Below, in pieces: positions 58,466-64,000 of a stretch of DNA of 64,000 nt. Source of the stretch: an uncultured Acidobacteriaceae bacterium (GTDB taxonomy: Bacteria > Acidobacteriota > Terriglobia > Terriglobales > Acidobacteriaceae); NCBI GenBank assembly GCA_963850345.1, contig CAWKKW010000007.1, positions 689-64,688 of the forward strand, written 5' to 3'. The notes under the pieces were generated by a model. It was not told where the DNA came from. It made no database searches and was given only the letters and a program-made list of their open reading frames with translations. Positions within the stretch are counted from its first letter, which is position 1. The number at the start of each line of letters is the position of its first letter. A program made the position numbers and the translations under genes.

Positions 58466-59740
58466 ATGCCCCGGCTCTGGCGCCATCCCGACTTCCTCAA
58501 GCTCTGGGCCGGGCAGACCGTCTCCCAGTTCGGTACGAGCATCAGCATGATCGGCTTGCCGCTCACCGCCGTGCTCGTACTCCATGCGTCCGCCTTCCAG
58601 ATGGGTCTGCTCGGCGGATCTGCCGGCATCGCGGTCCTGCTCTTCGGACTCCTCGCGGGCGTGGTTGCGGACCGGCTTCCCCGCCGCTTCGTTCTCATCC
58701 TGTCGGACGTTGGCCGCGCCATGCTGCTCGGCACGATTCCGTTGGCTGCCTGGGCGCATCGCCTCTCCATGAATCACCTCTACGCCGTAGCAGCCGGAGT
58801 CGCCGCCCTGGGCGTCTTCTTTGACGCCAGCTACAAATCCTACGTTCCTGGACTGGTTGGCCGCGACCATTTGCTCGAGGCAAACAGCAAGCTGGCGCTC
58901 ACCGAATCCACGGCCGAAGTCGCCGGTCCCGGCCTCACCGGCGTGCTCATTCAGTGGCTGACCGCCCCCATGGCGATCCTCTTCGATGCGGTCTCGTTCG
59001 CCGTGTCCGCCGTTTCGATCTGGGCCATCGCCGAACCGGAGATCCCGCAGCCCTTTCACTCTTCCTCTGTCAGCAGTGAGATTGCTGGCGGCCTCCGCGT
59101 CGCGTGGCGTCAGCCTCTCCTCCGCGCCCTCATGCAGCGGACCATCACCGCCTACTTCTTCATGGGATTCATCAGCAGTCTCTACTTCCTCTTCACCTTG
59201 CGCGAACTGCACCTGACGGTGGCGCTGGTCGGCATCCTCATCTCCATCGGTGGCGCGAGTGGTCTTCTGGGCGGGTTCTTTGCCGAACGCATAGCACACC
59301 GCTTCGGCGTCGGTCCCACCATCATCGGCTCCGCGTTCCTGGTCGGCGTGGCGTCTCTACTCACGCCGCTCGCCCGTGGACCGCTCTGGCTCTGTGTGGC
59401 GATCCTGGCCAGCGCACAACTCCTCGACATTGCCTGGTCGGTCCTCAACATCCAGGAACTCACCCTGCGCCAGACCGTCACACCCGATCAGTACCTCGGG
59501 CGCGTCAACGCCGCCATGCACCTGCTCTCCCAGGGAGTGTTGCCCATCGGAGCCCTCGTGGGCGGCTCGCTAGCAGGCGTCTTTGGCGTCCGCAGAACCC
59601 TCCTGCTCGGCGCAGCGGGAGTTCTGCTATCCACGCTCTGGCTGCTGTTCTCACCCCTGCGATCGCTCCGGAACCCCGCCTCGCTCGACGCCGTGCCAGC
59701 CACGGCTCTTGATGCCGCTGTAGCCAACCGCGACCTCTAG
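58466..59740 (+). CDS. MFS transporter (EntS/MFS_3-like)
   Basis: Start MPRLWRHPDFLKLWAGQTVSQFGT, typical of the MFS_3 family. About 12 TM. Confidence 0.85.
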   Translation: MPRLWRHPDFLKLWAGQTVSQFGTSISMIGLPLTAVLVLHASAFQMGLLGGSAGIAVLLFGLLAGVVADRLPRRFVLILSDVGRAMLLGTIPLAAWAHRLSMNHLYAVAAGVAALGVFFDASYKSYVPGLVGRDHLLEANSKLALTESTAEVAGPGLTGVLIQWLTAPMAILFDAVSFAVSAVSIWAIAEPEIPQPFHSSSVSSEIAGGLRVAWRQPLLRALMQRTITAYFFMGFISSLYFLFTLRELHLTVALVGILISIGGASGLLGGFFAERIAHRFGVGPTIIGSAFLVGVASLLTPLARGPLWLCVAILASAQLLDIAWSVLNIQELTLRQTVTPDQYLGRVNAAMHLLSQGVLPIGALVGGSLAGVFGVRRTLLLGAAGVLLSTLWLLFSPLRSLRNPASLDAVPATALDAAVANRDL

Positions 59741-59760
59741 AGATTCCCAGTCCTGCGCAA

Positions 59761-59791
59761 AACAAAAGGCGTCCGGCAGAACCGCCCGGAC
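59761..59791 (-). terminator. Candidate terminator for the DUF892 gene
   Basis: Stem gtccgg (59771-59776) / ccggac (59786-59791). On the minus strand it is followed by ccttttgtttt. Confidence 0.4.
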
Positions 59792-59902
59792 ACCCTGACT
59801 CAATCTCAAAATCCTGCATCGTTACGCAGTACTTTCCACCCTCGACTTAGCCGCGAAGCCGAGGCAGGTTCACCAAACCTCCAGCGAACCGCCTCGCTTC
59901 CA

Positions 59903-60415
59903 CTAAGCTGCCTCTGCGCTCAGTCTCTTCGCTTCTGCATTCACGCCCTTGGAGATGCCGGTCAGCTTCTTGTCCGCGGCCTTCTCCTCTTCGAGCGTCT
60001 CTTCCAGCAGGCTCTGAATCTCCGACTGACCCAGCAGCTTGGCGTATTCGCGCACTGAACCATAGCCGGCCATCTCGTAGTGCTCGACGCGCTGCGCGGC
60101 TGAGATCAGCGCGGCATCCCTCACCGGCCCTTTGTCCGCTTCCTGCAGCACTTCGGCGCCCTCTTCGAGCACACCCTTCATGCCGTTGCAGGTCTTGCCC
60201 CTGGGATTCTTCGACAGCAGCTCGAAGATCTGCTCCAGCCGTTGTATCTGTCCCTGCGTCTCCTGCAGGTGAGTCTCAAATGCCTCGCGCAGTTCGGGCG
60301 TGCTCGCCGCCTTCGCCATCTTCGGCAGGGCCTTCGTAATCTGCTTCTCCGCGGAGTACAGATCCTTTAGCTCGTCTACAAACAACTCCTCAATCGTCTC
60401 CACACTCATGCTCAT
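59903..60415 (-). CDS. Ferritin-like DUF892 protein (YciE/YciF family)
   Basis: Motifs ELFVDELKDLYSAEKQITKALPKMAKAA and LQETQGQIQRLEQIF. Start at 60415 or 60409. Confidence 0.85.
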   Translation of the reverse strand: MSMSVETIEELFVDELKDLYSAEKQITKALPKMAKAASTPELREAFETHLQETQGQIQRLEQIFELLSKNPRGKTCNGMKGVLEEGAEVLQEADKGPVRDAALISAAQRVEHYEMAGYGSVREYAKLLGQSEIQSLLEETLEEEKAADKKLTGISKGVNAEAKRLSAEAA

Positions 60416-60495
60416 CTCCTGGGCAAAGTTACAACTACTGTGCCAATCCAATCGGATGGCAGCGGATAACTCAGAGTTGTAATTCGTGAAGGAAC

Positions 60496-60942
60496 TTACT
60501 TAGTGCGGGAAATTCCGTGACTCTCTCGCGACCGGTCTGCGGAACCAGTCAGCTTGGGGTCCGACTCCAACACCTTCTGGTCGCCCTCGATCGCCACCCG
60601 CTCGTGCTTGATGTCCAGCCGCAGTCGGTTGAACGAACTCATGTACACATTCGCAACCCAGACCAATGCGAACTCCGCCAGCAGATACCCGCGCCATCCC
60701 TCGTACAGCAGCGTGAACCGGGTGATCACCAGAAATACAGCCGTAACATAATGGCTGAAGCAGTATTCGCAGGTGAACAGGTAAAAGAACTTGCGTTGAT
60801 ACGCCTTTGGGCAGTTCTTGCTCCGGTCCGAGCACCACTCCCGCGGCTCCCGAAAGACCTCTTCATGGGTCACCGTCCACGCGACACACGCGATCGGCAG
60901 CGCCAGCAACAGCAACGTCACCACTTGTCGTCCCAGCGTCAT
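60496..60942 (-). CDS. Hypothetical membrane protein
   Basis: About three hydrophobic helices, a Cys-containing loop and a hydrophilic C-terminus. No family recognised. Confidence 0.5.
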   Translation of the reverse strand: MTLGRQVVTLLLLALPIACVAWTVTHEEVFREPREWCSDRSKNCPKAYQRKFFYLFTCEYCFSHYVTAVFLVITRFTLLYEGWRGYLLAEFALVWVANVYMSSFNRLRLDIKHERVAIEGDQKVLESDPKLTGSADRSRESHGISRTK

Positions 60943-61182
60943 TCCCAAAATCCCCTCACCCTTCGTTTTTGCTCTCACTATCGGATGCTTATTTTTCTAC
61001 TCGTGCCAAGGTCCGCCCGATTGCAACCAGAAACTTGTTGAGGGCGTCCCAATCGTTAGGGCCTGTGCTACCTGTTCGATCTCCGGAAACGCCGCACCAA
61101 CATCGGAATCCAGCATCGGCAAGGTTGGGGAATCTTAGCTCATTCCCGTGTTCGCCTACTGCTAATTCACATAGAGGTGTGT

Positions 61183-62001
61183 ATGTATCACCACATTAAG
61201 AAGCTCATGTATACCGTTAACGTCGGCACACCCGATCCCAGGTTTGGCAATATGCTCCTGGAGCAGTTCGGTGGCGCCAACGGCGAGCTCGCCGCCGCCA
61301 TGCAGTATTCGATCCAGGGTCTCAACTGTGAAGATCCTGCACGCAAAGATCTTCTGATGGACATCGGTACCGAGGAACTGAGCCACCTGGAAGTGGTCGG
61401 CTCCCTGATCCGTATGCACTTGAAACCAATGAAGTCCGATCGCGCCGCTGCCGAAGCGGATCCGCTCGTGGCCATCGCCGGGGGCGGCGGTGTTACCCTC
61501 TGCAACTCCGTCGGCAGCGCCTGGACCGCGGACTACCTCAAGGTCACCGGCGACCTGGCTGTCGATCTGCGCAGCAACATCGCCGCCGAAGCCCGCGCAA
61601 AAATCGTCTATGAACGCCTCATCGCCTTCACCGACGACGTGGGCAGCAAACAGGCGCTGCAGTTCCTCATGACGCGCGAGATTACCCACATGCGCGCCTT
61701 CACCGCCGCACTCGACTCTATGGAGAAGCCACAGTTCGCGGTCGGCATCATCCAGCCGACGCCGGGTCTCGTCGATCAGTACGTCAACGCTTCCACCGGC
61801 GAGAACGAATTGGGCGACAAGGATTTCGTCGGACCATGGAATAACGGTCGCGGTTTGCATGTGATCGAATCGGGTCTCGACGTGACTCCTTACAATCCGC
61901 AGCCCGGCACAGAAGTGACCTCGCCGCATGACTCCACCCCAGTGGGCGTCGATGTAGGCAACACCCGCTCCAAGGCCGCCAAGCAGTCCAAAGTGGCCTG
62001 A
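61183..62001 (+). CDS. Manganese catalase
   Basis: Motifs FGGANGELAAAMQYSIQG and GTEELSHLEVV (di-Mn ligands). AGAGG SD 5 nt upstream of ATG 61183. Confidence 0.9.
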   Translation: MYHHIKKLMYTVNVGTPDPRFGNMLLEQFGGANGELAAAMQYSIQGLNCEDPARKDLLMDIGTEELSHLEVVGSLIRMHLKPMKSDRAAAEADPLVAIAGGGGVTLCNSVGSAWTADYLKVTGDLAVDLRSNIAAEARAKIVYERLIAFTDDVGSKQALQFLMTREITHMRAFTAALDSMEKPQFAVGIIQPTPGLVDQYVNASTGENELGDKDFVGPWNNGRGLHVIESGLDVTPYNPQPGTEVTSPHDSTPVGVDVGNTRSKAAKQSKVA

Positions 62002-62072
62002 GCTACGAACTAGGTCTGAAGACGCGAATGCCGGGCGATCCTGCCCGGCATTTTGCTTTTACCCCCTTGCAC

Positions 62073-63434
62073 CTACGACCCCAATCCGTCTGTCATCGCC
62101 GTGCTCACCTCGGGCGGCAAAATGCCCATCTCTCTGTAAATCGGCCGCACATCCTGTCGAATCTGCGCCAGCTTCGTCGCGAACCAGGCCGCCCCTGCGA
62201 TGACTACCGCGCCGCTGATCATCACTGTTCGCGGCGCTCCCATCTTGTGCGCCAGCGCGCCCGCCAGCAGGCTGCCAAACGGCGCCATCCCCACAAATGC
62301 GACAGTGTAATAGCTCATCACCCGCCCGCGCTTGTCTTCGCTCACAATCGTCTGAATGATGGTGTTGCTCGCAGCCATGCCCTGCATCATCCCAAACCCC
62401 GTCACCAGCATCGTCAGCAGCGAAAGCCACAGCACGTGAGAGAGTCCGAACCCGATCAGCCCCGCACCGAACAACCCTGCAGAGATCGGAATCATCCGCC
62501 CCAGCCCCAGGACGCTGCGCCTCGCCGCCAGCGATAAAGCGGAGACCAGCGCGCCAATCCCAGTCGCCCCCATTAAGAAGCCGAGCGTATGCGGACCGCC
62601 ATGCAACACCTGCGCGGCGAAGATCGGCATCAACACCACGAACGGCATGCCCATCAGGCTCACCACCGCGAACAGCAGCAGAATCGTCCGAATCGGCCCC
62701 GACTCCACCACGTACGTCCAGCCTTCTTTCAACTGCACCAGCATCGAAGCCGCCGCCTGCTTCGCCGCGACCACATGCACCCGCATCATTGCGAGCGACG
62801 CGATCACCGTGAGGTAGCTCAACCCATCGATCAGGAAGCACCAGCCCTCATTCGTAACAGCGATCAACATACCCGCCAGCGAAGGACCCAACAGCCTCGC
62901 CGTATTCACCATCGAAGAATTGATCGCAATCGCGTTGCCCAGATCCTTCCGGTCTTCCACCATCTGCACCAGGAAGGCCTGCCGCGCCGGCATGTCGAAG
63001 GCGTTGATGACACCTTGAAACACGCTCAGCCACAGCACTTCCGCGATAGTGATGTGGTGAGTCAGCGTAAGCAGCGCCATGGCCAGCGACTGCACCATCG
63101 CCAAAGCCTGCGTCCACAGCAACACCCGGCGCCGGTCCAACCGGTCCACCCATACTCCGGCAAACGGCGCGAGCAGAAACGTCGGAATCTGGCCTGCGAA
63201 ACTCACCGTTCCCAGCAGCAAGGCCGACCCAGAAAGCCGATAAACGAGCCACCCGGTCGCTACCCGCGTCATCCAGGTCCCGATCAGCGAGACACTCTGC
63301 CCGCCAAAAAAAAGCCGAAAATTTCGGTGACGCAGCGCGCGCCATGCGTGCGACATCCCGCTGCCTGCAGGAGCTTCGCCGCGCAACGGTTCGCCCGTCA
63401 CCGCTTCGTGAGTAGTTGGGTTAGGATTTGCCAA
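62073..63434 (-). CDS. MFS transporter (MFS_3-like)
   Basis: Motif WRALRHRNFRLFFGGQSVSLIGTWM. About 12 TM. Confidence 0.85.
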   Translation of the reverse strand: MANPNPTTHEAVTGEPLRGEAPAGSGMSHAWRALRHRNFRLFFGGQSVSLIGTWMTRVATGWLVYRLSGSALLLGTVSFAGQIPTFLLAPFAGVWVDRLDRRRVLLWTQALAMVQSLAMALLTLTHHITIAEVLWLSVFQGVINAFDMPARQAFLVQMVEDRKDLGNAIAINSSMVNTARLLGPSLAGMLIAVTNEGWCFLIDGLSYLTVIASLAMMRVHVVAAKQAAASMLVQLKEGWTYVVESGPIRTILLLFAVVSLMGMPFVVLMPIFAAQVLHGGPHTLGFLMGATGIGALVSALSLAARRSVLGLGRMIPISAGLFGAGLIGFGLSHVLWLSLLTMLVTGFGMMQGMAASNTIIQTIVSEDKRGRVMSYYTVAFVGMAPFGSLLAGALAHKMGAPRTVMISGAVVIAGAAWFATKLAQIRQDVRPIYREMGILPPEVSTAMTDGLGS

Positions 63435-63542
63435 ACTGAATGTTCTCTACCCTGTAGAGATGACGAACCGCGACCCCAGGTAGACGCAATCCGACGATCT
63501 TCCCGTGACAACTCTCGCGCGCTGCCGACCAGTGCACGCCCA

Positions 63543-64000
63543 TCAATGGACGGCGATCTCGGTCTTCTCTCCGCCCGGCCGATTCTTTTCCAGCAGGAAC
63601 GCCATTGGGATCATGATCAGCGAGGCCGCGCACAAGATGTAGAACACATCCACGTACCCCAGCGCCTGGGATTGCCGCAGCATCTGGTTATAGATCTGAC
63701 CCTGCGCCAGTCCCCCGGCATTGTTCTTCCCTGCCGAATTCATGAACACACCCTTCAACGCATCGATGCGCCGCTGGAAATAAGGATCGGTTGGACTCAA
63801 ATACTTGATCATCTGGTCCTGGTGAAACAACGCGCGCTCAGTCACCATCGCGTTCGTAATCGCAATCAGAATGCTGCCGCCGATGTTGCGCACCAGGTTG
63901 ATCAGTCCTGCCACCTGGTTATTCTTATCTCGCGGCATGCCGAAATACGCCGCCGTGGTCACCGATATAAACACGAAAGGAATGCACGCCACCTGCACCA
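63543..64000 (-). CDS. C-terminal part of a DHA2 (EmrB/QacA-like) MFS efflux protein; gene continues past the window end
   Basis: The frame is open to the window edge. Terminal TM helices and the periplasmic-loop pattern typical of 14-TM DHA2 exporters. Confidence 0.7.
   Translation of the reverse strand, partial: VQVACIPFVFISVTTAAYFGMPRDKNNQVAGLINLVRNIGGSILIAITNAMVTERALFHQDQMIKYLSPTDPYFQRRIDALKGVFMNSAGKNNAGGLAQGQIYNQMLRQSQALGYVDVFYILCAASLIMIPMAFLLEKNRPGGEKTEIAVH

Overview
G+C-rich chromosomal segment (my rough estimate is about 60% GC, not computed). Protein similarities and gene content suggest an Acidobacteriota (Terriglobia-like) genome; that assignment is inference. I call about 58 protein-coding genes. 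I saw no rRNA, tRNA, CRISPR array, transposase or integrase. Most long reverse-strand ORFs in the track are GC-driven shadows of real genes. Main blocks, in order: (a) ispG, a membrane GT2 glycosyltransferase plus MFS pair, and queF. (b) A co-directional plus-strand array: membrane-fusion adaptor, TPR protein, TolC-like protein, hpnJ, two half-size DMT proteins, DUF1810. (c) A 12-kb, 11-gene minus-strand hopanoid array ispH-shc-hpnH-orf142-hpnA-hpnG-adh-adh-hpnC-hpnD-hpnE (15393-27532), with four ATGA start/stop overlaps. (d) recN and a complete tolQ-tolR-tolA-like-tolB-pal-cpoB cluster. (e) korAB, a DapA-family paralog, carAB, lepB, murQ and murA. (f) rpsO-pnp. (g) A YciF-like/Mn-catalase stress island and several MFS exporters. 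Best candidate for undescribed biology: three unassigned genes sit inside the hopanoid operon. Two are tandem Zn-dependent polyol-type dehydrogenases, the first overlapping the hpnG stop codon. The third is a 142-aa protein overlapping the hpnH stop codon. To my knowledge the reductase that converts ribosylhopane to bacteriohopanetetrol has no assigned gene, and these dehydrogenases are positioned as candidates. The overlapping pair of ArnE/ArnF-like half-transporters directly downstream of hpnJ is a second candidate module. All functional calls come from reading the translated ORFs; no database search was run.
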